Of a stretch of 64,000 nt of DNA, positions 9,599 through 20,043 are shown piece by piece. How positions within the stretch are numbered: the first letter of the stretch is position 1; each line of letters opens with the position of its first letter. Where the stretch lies: positions 1,888,001 to 1,952,000 of the forward strand of contig OY730476.1 in the NCBI GenBank assembly GCA_963422735.1. The letters run 5' to 3'. A model generated the notes under the pieces. The model was not told where the DNA came from, made no database searches, and was given only the letters and a program-made list of their open reading frames with translations. Source of the DNA: Candidatus Latescibacterota bacterium (GTDB taxonomy: Bacteria; Latescibacterota; UBA2968; UBA8231). The position numbers and the translations under genes were made by a program.

Positions 9599-11405
9599 CT
9601 TCCTCGTGGTACACTCGCATCAAATCTGAGTGCATCAGATAGCCCCAAAACTCGCCTTCCCCCTCGCCTGTGGTGTGCATCACGGGCAGCTTGTCGTAGC
9701 CAGAATCGAGCAGCTTTTGCAGGGCCTCGTGCAGGTTGTCCTCAGCGTCTATGGGCCGGACATCGTCGACGAGCATGTCCTCAATGAGGACTAGGTTGGA
9801 CAGCATCTCGTCTTCGGGCAGATCGAGGTCTTCAAGGCTGATCATCCCGCGCAAGCCGCCGTCGGCATCGGTGACGACAAAGTGCACGTGGCCCAGCTTT
9901 TTGCTCAAGGTGCTCAGGGAAAAGTAGGAAAGCCGATTGCTGACGATGGCCTCGGAGGTGTTTTTGAGGCGGGGAAATACTTCGCGGACTTGGAGATTGT
10001 GCAGCACATCGACGGTTAGGTCTTTGATATGGGCTGGGGAGTGGAACTTGTTTTGGACTTGGTTTTGGTAGATGGAAAAGTTGCGCGCGAAGATCAGCGC
10101 GAGGGCACTGACGACCATCAGCGGCGGCAGCAGGTGGTAGGAGCCGCTCATCTCGATGACGAGAATCAGGGCCGCTAGCGGCGTATTGGCCACCGCACCG
10201 AAGAACGAGGCCATGCCCACCACGATATAAGCGGCCGGTTGGTGGACGATGTGGGGAAAGTACTGCTGGCCCAGCAGGCCCACGGCACCGCCGAGCATCC
10301 CGCCGATAAAGAGCGAGGGACCGAAGACCCCGCCCGAGCCACCGCTGGAGATCGTGCAGCTAGAAGCGAGGATTTTGAGCAGGGCAAGGGCTAGAAAGGC
10401 GCGGATTCCGAGCTCTCCGTCGAGCCCCTGTTGGATGACGCCGAACCCATCGCTCAGCACTTGCGGGTCGATAAAGGCCACCAGCCCCACCAGCAAACCC
10501 CCGCAGCAGACGATCCCGTAGCGGGGCAGCGGCAGGTGGCCGAAGAGGGTGCGCGCAAGGCGCAGGGCCTTAACGTAAAAAATGCCGACCAATGCACATA
10601 AAAACCCCAGTACCAGGTAGAATATCAACTCGCGCACATCAGTGAACAGCAGGTCGGGCAGGGCGAAAATGTGCGAGAAGCCAAAGATGGCTATGTAGAG
10701 AGCATAGGCGACAAAGGAACTGATGACGCAGGGGATGAGCGCGTCGCTTTCAAAGTCTTCTCGGTAGAGTACTTCCACGCTGGCGATCGCAGCACCGAGG
10801 GGGGCGCGGAAAATGGCACCCAAGCCTCCGGCTGTGCCCGCCAACAACAAAATCCGCCGCTGGGCTACCGAGAGCTTGAGTTTGTCCCCGACCCAAGAGC
10901 CTAAGCCTGCGCCAATATGCACCAAAGGACCTTGCTGACCAGCAGCACCACCGGAGGCGAGCGTGATGATGGTCGCCAGGGCTTTGACCGGGGCGACGAT
11001 GGGGCGAATGTGGCCGCGCTGGTTGTGGAAGGCATCGATCGTGGCGTCGGTGCCCGCGCCTTGGGCTTCGGGCGCGAAGCGGTGAGTCAGGTAGCCGCTG
11101 AGCAGGCCACCCAGCGCCGGCAGCAACAGCAACAGCCACAAGTACTCGCCATAAGTGGGCGCGTCGAGGAAGGAGAAATCGAATAGAGCCTTGTTGTGAG
11201 GATGGAACTGGCGGTATCCAGCCAGTTTCTCGACTAGCAGGAACTTGGCCAGTTCGAGGCCATAAGTGAAGAGCACCGCTCCCAAGCCGGAAATCAGGCC
11301 GATCAGCGCACTGTAGAGATAGATGCGGGAGACGAACTCAAAGCCGAGCCAGTCGCGGAAGAAGCGGGCGGCTGGCCCCCGAGTCTCCGGGGCCGCTTCA
11401 GGCAT
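9573..11405 (-). CDS. CLC family chloride channel/transporter with C-terminal CBS pair
   Basis: GAGTD, SGGAAGQQGP, FRAPLGAA, GGSGGVFGPSL, ANTPLA, SIY; CBS-like tail. Confidence 0.92.
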   Translation of the reverse strand: MPEAAPETRGPAARFFRDWLGFEFVSRIYLYSALIGLISGLGAVLFTYGLELAKFLLVEKLAGYRQFHPHNKALFDFSFLDAPTYGEYLWLLLLLPALGGLLSGYLTHRFAPEAQGAGTDATIDAFHNQRGHIRPIVAPVKALATIITLASGGAAGQQGPLVHIGAGLGSWVGDKLKLSVAQRRILLLAGTAGGLGAIFRAPLGAAIASVEVLYREDFESDALIPCVISSFVAYALYIAIFGFSHIFALPDLLFTDVRELIFYLVLGFLCALVGIFYVKALRLARTLFGHLPLPRYGIVCCGGLLVGLVAFIDPQVLSDGFGVIQQGLDGELGIRAFLALALLKILASSCTISSGGSGGVFGPSLFIGGMLGGAVGLLGQQYFPHIVHQPAAYIVVGMASFFGAVANTPLAALILVIEMSGSYHLLPPLMVVSALALIFARNFSIYQNQVQNKFHSPAHIKDLTVDVLHNLQVREVFPRLKNTSEAIVSNRLSYFSLSTLSKKLGHVHFVVTDADGGLRGMISLEDLDLPEDEMLSNLVLIEDMLVDDVRPIDAEDNLHEALQKLLDSGYDKLPVMHTTGEGEGEFWGYLMHSDLMRVYHEEVIRLEAQD

Positions 11406-11988
11406 GGGCGGTGGGCTGGCAAGTGGGGCTGACGGCCTGCCATTGGCGCAGGACCTCAAAGACGAGAACGGCGCTGGCTGCGGCGACATTGAGGCTGTTT
11501 TTGTAGCCGTACATGGGAATCTCAACCAGCTCGTCGCAGCACTCGAGCGCGGCGCAACTTACGCCAAGGGCTTCATTACCCACGATTAGGGCTAAAGGGC
11601 ACGGATAATACAACTCGGTGTAGCAGCGACTTTGCGACGTCGTCTCCAGTGCCCACACCAGCACTTGGCGAGCACGCAAGTGCTCAATGGCTTGTAGGGT
11701 GGTGGCGAAGTGACGAGTCTCTATGTACGAAAGGGTTCCCAACGCCGTCTTGTCGAGCTTGGGATGGGGCGGATGGGCCGTGTAGCCGCAGGTGTAGATG
11801 CCGCCGAGACGGCCCGCGTCGGCCGTGCGGAAAATCGAGCCAACATTGAAGGCGCTGCGCAAATTGTCGAGCACCAGATAGAGCGGGTGTTTAGGCAGGT
11901 GGGCGTATTCGTCGAGGGGCATCTCAGCGTCGAAAGTGCGGACCTCAAAGCTGGTCTCCTTGCCGTAGTTACCCGGCCGGAGTTTCAC
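11398..11988 (-). CDS. TrmH/SpoU family RNA 2'-O-methyltransferase
   Basis: LDNLRSAFNVGSIFRTAD, LIVGNEALGV, EIPMYGYKNSLNVA. Confidence 0.92.
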   Translation of the reverse strand: MKLRPGNYGKETSFEVRTFDAEMPLDEYAHLPKHPLYLVLDNLRSAFNVGSIFRTADAGRLGGIYTCGYTAHPPHPKLDKTALGTLSYIETRHFATTLQAIEHLRARQVLVWALETTSQSRCYTELYYPCPLALIVGNEALGVSCAALECCDELVEIPMYGYKNSLNVAAASAVLVFEVLRQWQAVSPTCQPTAHA

Positions 11989-13034
11989 CCGACTTCCTCC
12001 GGAGCTATGGGCCGCTGCTGGGCGGCGGAGAGCCGGGCGGCCTCCATGGCGACCATGGTCTGCCGCACACTCTGGGCGGTGACGGCCAGTGCGGCTCGGC
12101 CGGCTAGTGAATCGGCGATGTTTTCATAGTAGGAACGCCAGCGCCCAGGCGCAGTCTCAATGATGGTCTCCGCCATCCGGCTCGCCGCTGGCCTATAGAG
12201 GCGGGCGTAGTGTTCGGGTGCTTCTTCGGCCGCGTCGATATTGCCGGCAATCATGGCCTTTTCCTGCGGGTCAACGCCTTCTTTGACCAGTGCGCCTTCC
12301 GTACCCAGCACATACCAGCGCGGTTTGGCTTTGCGCGCCAGCGACGAGGTCTCCACGCGGGCTTCGACGCCGTTGGCAAAGTGGAGCACGGCCAGCGCGT
12401 GGGCCTCGACGTCGAGGCCGAGCGGGTCGCCGGAGTGGAAAGAGGCGTAAACCTTTGTGAGCGGCGCGTCGATAAGCTGGAGTGCTTGATCGACCAGATG
12501 GGCACCCAGATCGAAGAATTTGCCGCCGCCGTGCCGCGCTATGCTGCGCCAGCCGCGCGGGGGACCGTATTGGCCCCAGAACATTTCTAGCAAAAAGGGA
12601 TCGCCTAACAGCCCTTGGCCCAGCGCGTCTTTAACGGCGAGGAAATCGCCATCCCAGCGGCGGTTCTGGAAGACGCTGAGCAGGCGGTCGTGCGCTTGGC
12701 TGGCGGCGATCATCTGGTCGGCCTCGGCCATGCTCAAGCACATGGGCTTGTCGGTGACGACGTGTTTGCCGGCCGCTAGCGCTTGGATCGCATGCGGGGC
12801 GTGGAGGTCGTTGGGCGTGGCGAGGACGACTAGATCGACGGCTGGGTCGGCAAGCACTTCGTCGAAGTGGCGGAAGGTCTTTACCCCCAAGTCGCGCTGA
12901 ATCTGGTCGCGGGCCTGCGGCCGACTGGAGGCGATGCCGTAGAGATTCAGGCCGCTGGCCAGCCCCACTAGATAGGCGTGAAAGCAGCGGCCGGCAAAAC
13001 CATAACCGACGACGGCGACATTGGGTTTTTCCAT
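11985..13034 (-). CDS. Gfo/Idh/MocA oxidoreductase (IolW/YdgJ-like)
   Basis: VVGYGFAG, ATPNDLH, HVVTDKP, FQNRRWDGDF, DLGAHLVDQ. Confidence 0.9.
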   Translation of the reverse strand: MEKPNVAVVGYGFAGRCFHAYLVGLASGLNLYGIASSRPQARDQIQRDLGVKTFRHFDEVLADPAVDLVVLATPNDLHAPHAIQALAAGKHVVTDKPMCLSMAEADQMIAASQAHDRLLSVFQNRRWDGDFLAVKDALGQGLLGDPFLLEMFWGQYGPPRGWRSIARHGGGKFFDLGAHLVDQALQLIDAPLTKVYASFHSGDPLGLDVEAHALAVLHFANGVEARVETSSLARKAKPRWYVLGTEGALVKEGVDPQEKAMIAGNIDAAEEAPEHYARLYRPAASRMAETIIETAPGRWRSYYENIADSLAGRAALAVTAQSVRQTMVAMEAARLSAAQQRPIAPEEVG

Positions 13035-13285
13035 GGTTCTTACCTGACTGATGTTGTGCAGGTCTCGTGTTTCTGTCATGCTGACAAAGCATCTTTTACC
13101 CCTGAAGGGATCGGGGGTAGAAGATGCTTCGACTCCGCTATGCTCAGAATAACAGGCGCATTATGCATTATAGTGCCTGTGTGCAACGTCAGTTATCTGA
13201 GTAAAAAGGGCGTTTTTGCAGCCGACAAATAGGCACTTATAGTAAGCGAAGTCAAAGGCTTGGGCAAGTTTTCAGGAGGAGTGCA

Positions 13286-13657
13286 ATGCGGATTCGGATT
13301 AGCTGGGATGATGGCGCGGTCGAAGCGGTTTTGGACGCTACGCCGACGGCCGAAAAGGTCTGGGCAGCCCTACCCTGCACCTCGACAGCGAACACTTGGG
13401 GCGAGGAAGTGTACTTCGAGCTACCCGTGCAGGCCGAGCTAGAATCCGACGCCCGTCAAGTCGTCGAAAAAGGCGCGGTGTGCTTTTGGATCGAGGGGCA
13501 ATCACTAGCCCTGCCCTACGGCCCGACCCCGATTTCCGCAGGCGACGAGTGCCGGCTGGTAAGCAAGGTCAATGTCCTCGGGCAAGTCGAAGGTGCGCCG
13601 CGGGCGTTGGCGGCGGTGCATACAGGCGCACCGATCCGGGTCGAACGCGTCGAATAA
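13286..13657 (+). CDS. Cyclophilin-like fold protein (TM1367-like)
   Basis: TPTAEKVWAALP..ANTWGEEVYF...FW...LALPYGPTPIS...VNVLG. Confidence 0.8.
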   Translation: MRIRISWDDGAVEAVLDATPTAEKVWAALPCTSTANTWGEEVYFELPVQAELESDARQVVEKGAVCFWIEGQSLALPYGPTPISAGDECRLVSKVNVLGQVEGAPRALAAVHTGAPIRVERVE

Positions 13658-13760
13658 TAGGGGACACTTTTTCCTCGCTTAGGTGTTATATATGGCACAC
13701 GGTCAATCGGGTGGACCCAACGTGGGGTCTTTATCCATGTCGCCGGCGCGAGGACAATGG

Positions 13761-15197
13761 ATGGAATCACTTATGCAGGGAAGCAGCAGATCGGTCTTCG
13801 GTCTCAGCGTCGTCCTGCTGCTCTTATTGAGCGGGTGCGGGGCCGCTTATTCGGGCTATGTGTCCCATTCGCTCAAACAGCTAGAAAAAGGCAACTACGA
13901 AGGGGCCCTCGGTAAGCTCGAAAAGCCCTCCGGCAAGACCAACAAGCTGCTCTACCACTTAGAAAAGGGGCTGATTTTGCACTATCAGGGCCAATACGAG
14001 GCGTCCAACTTGGAGTTTGCAGAGGCTGAGCGAGTGAGCGACTTGCTGTACACCCGCTCTGTCTCGCGCCACATCGCAGCTATGGTCTCCAACGACGCGA
14101 TCATCGCCTACCGCGGCGAGGAGTTTGAGCTAGCCCTGATTCACTACTACCGAGCGATGAACTACGCCCGGCTGGGCGATCGGCAGGCCGCGCTAGTCGA
14201 GTGCCGCAAGGCTAACCAGAAGCTCGAAGACTACGCTCAGCAAGCCGAATATGAACTGAGCTATAAGAACGACGCCTTTTTGCAGTACATGACCGGTCTT
14301 TTTTTTGAAGCCGAAGGCGAGTGGAACGATGCGTATATTTCCTACAAGGATGCCTTAAAGGGCTATCGTGCGTACGAGGCGGCCTTCGGCTTACAAGTGC
14401 CGCACATCTTGCTGATTGATCTGGCGCGGCTAGCCGGGCGCTTAGGCTACGAAGACGAAGTGCGAGAATACGTTGAGCGCTACCAGCTTGAGCCCGAGGA
14501 TCTCCAGTCGGTGTCTGGCGGCGAGATCGTAGTTTTCGTCGAGAGCGGCTTTGTGCCGCGCAAGCACCAAGTCGAATTCAATATGCCCATTATGGAAGGC
14601 GAAAAGGGTGTTAAGACGTGGACGGTGGCGGAGCGGGCCGTCCACCGCTACCACCATCCGCACACCTATCAGCGGCGCCGAGTAGATTACTGGCTCAAAG
14701 TGGCACTGCCCGAATACCGGGAGGTGTACTCGCAAGTGGCCGGGGTGCGGTTGCGGGCGGGCAACCAGAGCGCGACCGCAGCCCTGGGCGAGGACTTAGC
14801 GGCGATTGCCCAACAGACCTTTACTGAGAAGTTCGACTCGATCCTGCTGCGTGCCGTCGCTCGCAACTTGGTCAAGTATTTGGCGTCAAAAGGCATAGAA
14901 AAGGTATTTGAGGACGATGAGGACGATGAGGACGACTGGGCCAAAGAGGGAGTGGGCAAGGCCCTCGGCGGCTTGGTCAACCTCTTAGGTGCGGCGACTG
15001 AGGCGGCCGATACCCGAAGCTGGCTATCGCTGCCGCGCACCATCCACATCGCACGTCTGTCTGTGACCCCGGGTACGGCCACTCCAACTCTGGAGTTTAT
15101 CGATGCCCGAGGTCAGGCACTAGCCGTAGAGCCGCTGCCCGAGGTGGCGGTCGCGGCCGGAGAAAAGGTCTTCCTAAACTTTCGCACTTTTCGCTGA
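13761..15197 (+). CDS. COG3014-like TPR lipoprotein
   Basis: Lipobox LSGC, LYHLEKG, YRGEEFE, ALVECRK, EAADTRSWLSLP; operon with an LpoB-like gene. Confidence 0.8.
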   Translation: MESLMQGSSRSVFGLSVVLLLLLSGCGAAYSGYVSHSLKQLEKGNYEGALGKLEKPSGKTNKLLYHLEKGLILHYQGQYEASNLEFAEAERVSDLLYTRSVSRHIAAMVSNDAIIAYRGEEFELALIHYYRAMNYARLGDRQAALVECRKANQKLEDYAQQAEYELSYKNDAFLQYMTGLFFEAEGEWNDAYISYKDALKGYRAYEAAFGLQVPHILLIDLARLAGRLGYEDEVREYVERYQLEPEDLQSVSGGEIVVFVESGFVPRKHQVEFNMPIMEGEKGVKTWTVAERAVHRYHHPHTYQRRRVDYWLKVALPEYREVYSQVAGVRLRAGNQSATAALGEDLAAIAQQTFTEKFDSILLRAVARNLVKYLASKGIEKVFEDDEDDEDDWAKEGVGKALGGLVNLLGAATEAADTRSWLSLPRTIHIARLSVTPGTATPTLEFIDARGQALAVEPLPEVAVAAGEKVFLNFRTFR

Positions 15198-15210
15198 GGA
15201 GCAAAAAGTC

Positions 15211-16047
15211 ATGTACGTCAAATTATGGATAGCCGCGCTGGCGTTGGTGCTGCCGGCCGCGGCGCAGCAGAGCACACCGGCGGCAGATCGGGCCACGGAC
15301 CCACTGGCCGAAGGGGCGATCTTCAATATCGTCGATTGGGACGGCGGCCAGCTACCCAAGCGCTACGAGCGGTCGGACCAACTGCCGATGAGCCTCGACG
15401 ACGTGCGCAAGCTGAGCGCGAACAAGTTCAGCACCGCGACGATTATCAAGATGCTCGAGCAGCGGCGCTGTGTCTGCGATGCCTCGGTGGATAAGTTGGT
15501 CGCCTTGAAGGAAGCCGGCGTCGCCGAGCAGGTGATCGATGCGGTATCGCTCCACGCGCTGCCGCCCAACCGCTCGTTCGGGCTGACGATCTCCCTCGAC
15601 TTCGAGGGATTGGGCGGCGCGGCCGCAGTATCGACGCAGGCGCGCAAGGGCTATCTCTATTTGATCGTGCCCGACGGCGACAAGGAGCGGGTCTTTATCG
15701 GCAACTTGCAGGCGATCCTCGCCGGCCGCTGGCAGCGCGATGCGCTGATCGACAACACCGATCTGCTGCTGCCCAAAAAGGTGCGGCGCGTGACCTTTGC
15801 CTCCGAGGTTCCGCTCAAGACCTACGGCCGCAAGAAGGCCCTAGTGTTTACCTCGACCAAACCGGATATCTACACTTCAGCCGATATTCCCGAGGCGGAC
15901 CGGGCAGGGGTGCAGGAGTTCGAGTTCGAGTACCCAGCCGCGTCGCTAGAGCGCCAATGCAGTCTCCAGGTGCTCTACCGGCAGGACGCGATGTTGGCCA
16001 ACCGCTGGCACTTAGTGCGCACCCATTTCCAGTGCGAATGGGATTGA
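15211..16047 (+). CDS. Secreted hypothetical protein
   Basis: RBS GAGGAG, signal peptide, host-like codon use, operon spacing. Confidence 0.75.
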   Translation: MYVKLWIAALALVLPAAAQQSTPAADRATDPLAEGAIFNIVDWDGGQLPKRYERSDQLPMSLDDVRKLSANKFSTATIIKMLEQRRCVCDASVDKLVALKEAGVAEQVIDAVSLHALPPNRSFGLTISLDFEGLGGAAAVSTQARKGYLYLIVPDGDKERVFIGNLQAILAGRWQRDALIDNTDLLLPKKVRRVTFASEVPLKTYGRKKALVFTSTKPDIYTSADIPEADRAGVQEFEFEYPAASLERQCSLQVLYRQDAMLANRWHLVRTHFQCEWD

Positions 16048-16061
16048 AAGGAGCTTATGCA

Positions 16062-16658
16062 ATGAGACACTACGTTTTCGCGGCAATCGCCTTGGCCTTG
16101 GGGCTTGCCGCCTGTGGCGGCCCGAGGGCCTTTACCAAGGGCCAGTACGGAGATCCAGAAGAAATCTCCATGCTCGACGACAAGTGGAACCAGAACGACA
16201 TGCAGCTAGTCGCCAAGAAGATGATCAACTCGATGGAGGTCTGGTCGGATGCCCGGGCGCTGGCTGAAAAGCCGATTGTCATCTTGGAGATGCCGCGCAA
16301 CAAGACCACCGAGCACATCGACATGCAGGCACTGTACGACCACGTCAAGACCGCGCTCATCCAGAGCGGGCAGTTTACGTTCCTCGACAAAGCCGCGCGG
16401 CGAGAGATCGCCCAAGAGTACGAGTACCAAGGCTCGGGTTACGTGCGTCCGGAGGAGGCCGAGGGGCCGGGCAACCAGCGCGGCGCACGCTTCTTGCTCG
16501 GTGGAGTCATCACCTCGACCGTGCAGCAGGTGGGCAAAAATAAGGTCATCTACTACAAGGCGACCTTTGAGCTGACCGACATCTCGACTACCGAGATCGT
16601 CTGGACCGACCAGAAAGAAATCACCAAGCACTTCCAGAAAAAGAGCATCGGCTTCTAG
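16062..16658 (+). CDS. Penicillin-binding protein activator LpoB-like lipoprotein
   Basis: Lipobox LAAC, DMQLVAKKMINS, NKTTEHID, YYKATFELTD..EIVW. Confidence 0.8.
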   Translation: MRHYVFAAIALALGLAACGGPRAFTKGQYGDPEEISMLDDKWNQNDMQLVAKKMINSMEVWSDARALAEKPIVILEMPRNKTTEHIDMQALYDHVKTALIQSGQFTFLDKAARREIAQEYEYQGSGYVRPEEAEGPGNQRGARFLLGGVITSTVQQVGKNKVIYYKATFELTDISTTEIVWTDQKEITKHFQKKSIGF

Positions 16659-16674
16659 GAAAGGAGCACGGAGC

Positions 16675-17211
16675 ATGAGACGCATTGCACTGATTGCCCT
16701 GCTGGCACTGGCCGTTGGGGCGCAGGCCGCGACGCCGGGGCGCACCGACGGCCCTGAAGGCCGCGAGTACGGCAAGGGCGGCTACCATCACAAGACCCAG
16801 TACGGCCGCTTCTACACCGAGGGCTTTTTGGGCGCGGCGATGGTGGAAAGGGACCTTGGGGGGGACGAGACCGATCTCATTTCGGGGCTTAACGTCGGCT
16901 ACATGGTCGAGGAATGGCTGGCCTTCCAGCTAGGATTCGCCCGCATATTGGACCAAGACATTAACCTCTATGCAGGCGGGGTGCGTTCAGCCCACGTCAA
17001 TCGGCCGTTCAACTACTATTTTTTGCTCGACGCCGAGCTATACTCGCCTGAGATCGGCGACACTCGCTTCGGAATCGCCCCGGGAGTTGGGGCCGAGGTG
17101 ATTATAAGCGACCGTCTGCGGGCGGGCTTGCGCTTCCAACGCGACTTTATCTTTGCCGACGATATGATCCACATCAGCCGCTTCACGGCGAAGATACAGG
17201 TGGATTTTTAG
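16675..17211 (+). CDS. Small outer-membrane beta-barrel protein
   Basis: Signal peptide, alternating beta-strand pattern, terminal Phe (KIQVDF). Confidence 0.7.
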   Translation: MRRIALIALLALAVGAQAATPGRTDGPEGREYGKGGYHHKTQYGRFYTEGFLGAAMVERDLGGDETDLISGLNVGYMVEEWLAFQLGFARILDQDINLYAGGVRSAHVNRPFNYYFLLDAELYSPEIGDTRFGIAPGVGAEVIISDRLRAGLRFQRDFIFADDMIHISRFTAKIQVDF

Positions 17212-17749
17212 AGCATGTCGCGTTGGTTTGCACAAATCGCAGTCAGTGAGCCCGGAAAGATCCTTCTCTGCTCACATTGCAGGGAGATTATCGCCCTCTG
17301 CCAACGTTCGCCATCTGTCAGCTAGTCGATCTGGAAAGAGAGTCCCTTACGCGGCAAGTCGGAGCCCACGAATACTAATCGCGCTTTATCTCCTATAATT
17401 GGTTTCACAACCGTCTCAGGACAACCAACAGACAGGCGAGATTAACAAAGGCTTGATACCTTTCAATTCAATGCGGTGGACGTATAGGAGGGCCGGTCTG
17501 GATTTCGAGCCGCGCAGACCCTAGGCCCCAGCGGTTTGGCGAGCCGCTTCGCACACATTGTCACCGGCGACTAAGTCGCCTTGGGCAAACCAGCCCCGCC
17601 CGCCGTTTGGGTTTGCCTCCGGCTGCTTGTATCGCCCTAGAGGATTCGGAAGCCGGGGCCCAAGCGTACAAAATCCTGTCCTCGCTGCATCAAGCAGCTC
17701 CTTTGATTGCCGTCTTGCTGGCGCGCTAAACGGAAATGGCTCGTAGGGC

Positions 17750-17959
17750 TTAGGCTTGAGCCGCCTCGGCCTGGTACCACACAGATACGACTGTCCTTGC
17801 TGGCTCCAGGCTGCCACCGCACGACGACTGCTTGATGTTCGTAATCCGAATATTGGGATTTGCACGAAGCCACGAATTGATATCCTGCTCAAGGTCAGAG
17901 GAAGCCTTGGTGATCGGACTAAAGTAACCCTCTCGCATTACAAATATCTTTACTAACAT
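17750..17959 (-). CDS. Small hypothetical protein (Cse60-like pattern)
   Basis: RBS AAGGAG; VKIF...DLEQDINSWL...ITNIKQS...VSVWY. Confidence 0.55.
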   Translation of the reverse strand: MLVKIFVMREGYFSPITKASSDLEQDINSWLRANPNIRITNIKQSSCGGSLEPARTVVSVWYQAEAAQA

Positions 17960-17993
17960 GTCGTCGCTCCTTCAGCGCAAAACGCGAATAGAT

Positions 17994-18818
17994 TTATTTC
18001 GATCGATTCTCTTCGAGCCAACCGACCGAGAAATCTACGACGTCCCGTTGTGGCATGAGCTGGCAATCTGCAAGACCAACCCGACCACGACGGACGACAT
18101 GGCCCGCGTCTGATCGCAGGAAGTCCTCGCCGATGCGATCAAAATCTGAACTATCGGTGTCAACGTCTTCAAAGGTGGTCCATCTCCGCGAATCCGACGT
18201 AGAGATCGGTGCGCCCTGTTGGATGACGCGTTTGGCGGGAAAAGTCGCCCGATACTCTGCGAGGTGCATAGATGTATTGTTTCCGTGATTCACACCGAGC
18301 AGAAGGACAAAACCGTGCAAATCGTAGATTCTCGCGAGCGGCGAATGCTCGCCGAGACCAAAGGCCAATGAATGATTATTGGCGATGCGCGATGCCTGGG
18401 GTCCAGATACACAAAACGAGACGTGCGGATGTGCGCTGCGGAGAACGCCTCTTTGCTTGCGGAACGTCTCCGCGATAATGCCCATAGCACGAGTGGGGGT
18501 AAGCCCCGGGTCGTAGGCCGGCATGTTCTCGCGGATTACCGGCCACCACGATTCGGGGACGGGCGGACTTTCCCACTTGCTCGGTTCAGTCAGGTCGGGC
18601 GAGTGGGCGGGCATCACAAGCGTTCCAGTGGGACCCAAGACTTTCTGCAGGGCGACGATGACCGCCACAGCTCCTCCGCACACCCATCCCAGCGCCCTCA
18701 AGGACGAATGCACCAACACGATCATCTCCGGTTCGACGCCAAGCGCACGGAAGTCCGCCTGTAGCGATTCGACCGTGGCGGGAACTTCTGTTTTTTGAAC
18801 GATCTTATCTTCACTCAT
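17994..18818 (-). CDS. AAC(3)/YokD family N-acetyltransferase
   Basis: VLVHSSLRALGWVCGG, GTLVMPAHS, MGIIAETFR, RSAHP..SF, NNTSMHLAE. Confidence 0.92.
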   Translation of the reverse strand: MSEDKIVQKTEVPATVESLQADFRALGVEPEMIVLVHSSLRALGWVCGGAVAVIVALQKVLGPTGTLVMPAHSPDLTEPSKWESPPVPESWWPVIRENMPAYDPGLTPTRAMGIIAETFRKQRGVLRSAHPHVSFCVSGPQASRIANNHSLAFGLGEHSPLARIYDLHGFVLLLGVNHGNNTSMHLAEYRATFPAKRVIQQGAPISTSDSRRWTTFEDVDTDSSDFDRIGEDFLRSDAGHVVRRGRVGLADCQLMPQRDVVDFSVGWLEENRSK

Positions 18819-18989
18819 TCATTCCACGAATCGATGTAAATCCGCGCTACATCTCGGCATCAGCGGACGTAGCGGATCGGATCATTGGTGGTAATTCCCG
18901 TGCCCTGTCTAGCCTCATCTGATTGCTATTCAAATACATGAATCAAAATTCAATTGAAGTCGATGATTCCTAGTAATTGCCCATATAGG

Positions 18990-19307
18990 AGTACATTGGG
19001 GACACGTAGATCTCCGTGGACGAGCGACGTATATCGTCGCGGATCCAGTTGACCTCCACCGGTCTGCCTTCGGCCTTTGACCTAGCAAGGATAAGCATCG
19101 GCTCCGCATAGTCAATTCCAGTGACCTCAATGTCGTGCTCCGCCAAGGGGATCGCTACCGGCCTGTCCCACAGGCCAACTCCAAGACCCTTCCGCGGGAG
19201 GCGAGCTCAGCCAGAAACCAATCTGGAAGCTCAGCATACGCGCCGTAGCATTGGTCGTATTTCGCTGGGGCCAGATAGTCTGCGTCGATTGATTCTTCTT
19301 TTTCCAT
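18990..19307 (-). pseudogene. Class I SAM-dependent methyltransferase remnant
   Basis: RVLELACGTGR, frameshift near 19157, then VAIPLAEHDIEVTGIDYAEPML..ARSKA..VNWIRDDIR; degenerates further on. Confidence 0.75.
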
Positions 19308-19427
19308 TTCAGTTATCGTTGTGCCAGTTTGCGAACCGCGAAGTGATGGCTGAAGGCCAAGGCGCATCAGCGCAGCGGAAACCAGTTGTTACGCGATGCC
19401 CATGTTATTTCGGAGGCGACTAACCAG

Positions 19428-19652
19428 TTAGATTTTCTCCAATAGCTCGCGGATCTGCCTTTCCTCGCCCGCGTGCGCTTTCATCGCCTTCCAACGAGAC
19501 ACCGAGGAGGGAGCGGCTTTGAACAGACGAGCTACTTCGTTGACGCTTCTGCCTTCATCAAGCAACTGAGCCGCCCATTGAAGACGATATTCCAGCCGAT
19601 CGGTGCTACCTTCAGGTCGCATATAGATGAGAGAGGCGATGGTATTCTCCAT
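19428..19652 (-). mobile_element. HTH fragment resembling an IS630-family transposase N-terminus
   Basis: LEYRLQWAAQLLDEGRSVNEVARLFKAAPSSVSRWK; no DDE domain follows. Confidence 0.55.
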
Positions 19653-19839
19653 GGATTCCTTCCATTGTGGGTAAAGTAGTTACGATTCTGCGGTCTTTGA
19701 ATGGTGAATTTTCGCGTTGACAAAGAGTATTGGAGGATGTTACTCTGTCGAGATGAAAATTTTTTATCTATCTATTTATATTGAGTTTATGATTTATTTA
19801 ATCGACGGCATTCAGCCGATTGTTTATATTTTATGTACG

Positions 19840-19885
19840 ACAAAAAGATGGGGACCGCTTACGTGGGCAGTCCCCATCTTTTTGT
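19840..19885. terminator. Bidirectional intrinsic terminator-like hairpin
   Basis: ACAAAAAGATGGGGAC-14 nt-GTCCCCATCTTTTTGT, a 16-bp inverted repeat with A/T tails. Confidence 0.7.
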
Positions 19886-20043
19886 TTTTCTACGCTTTCA
19901 GAATTGGGTGGATTGCAGGCGCGTGGAACCTGCGATCAAATTTCCCCTAGGTAATCTCTACTTCTGGGAATTGAAAAAAGGTTCGTCCGCTCCCGCGGGC
20001 CATGGTCGCTGCCAACTGCGGCGACGCGGAGGCCAGTGCGTTT

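Noticed and set aside
17994-18818. Aminoglycoside resistance gene
   Set aside because: AAC(3)/YokD homologs are widespread with other substrates; resistance cannot be inferred from sequence
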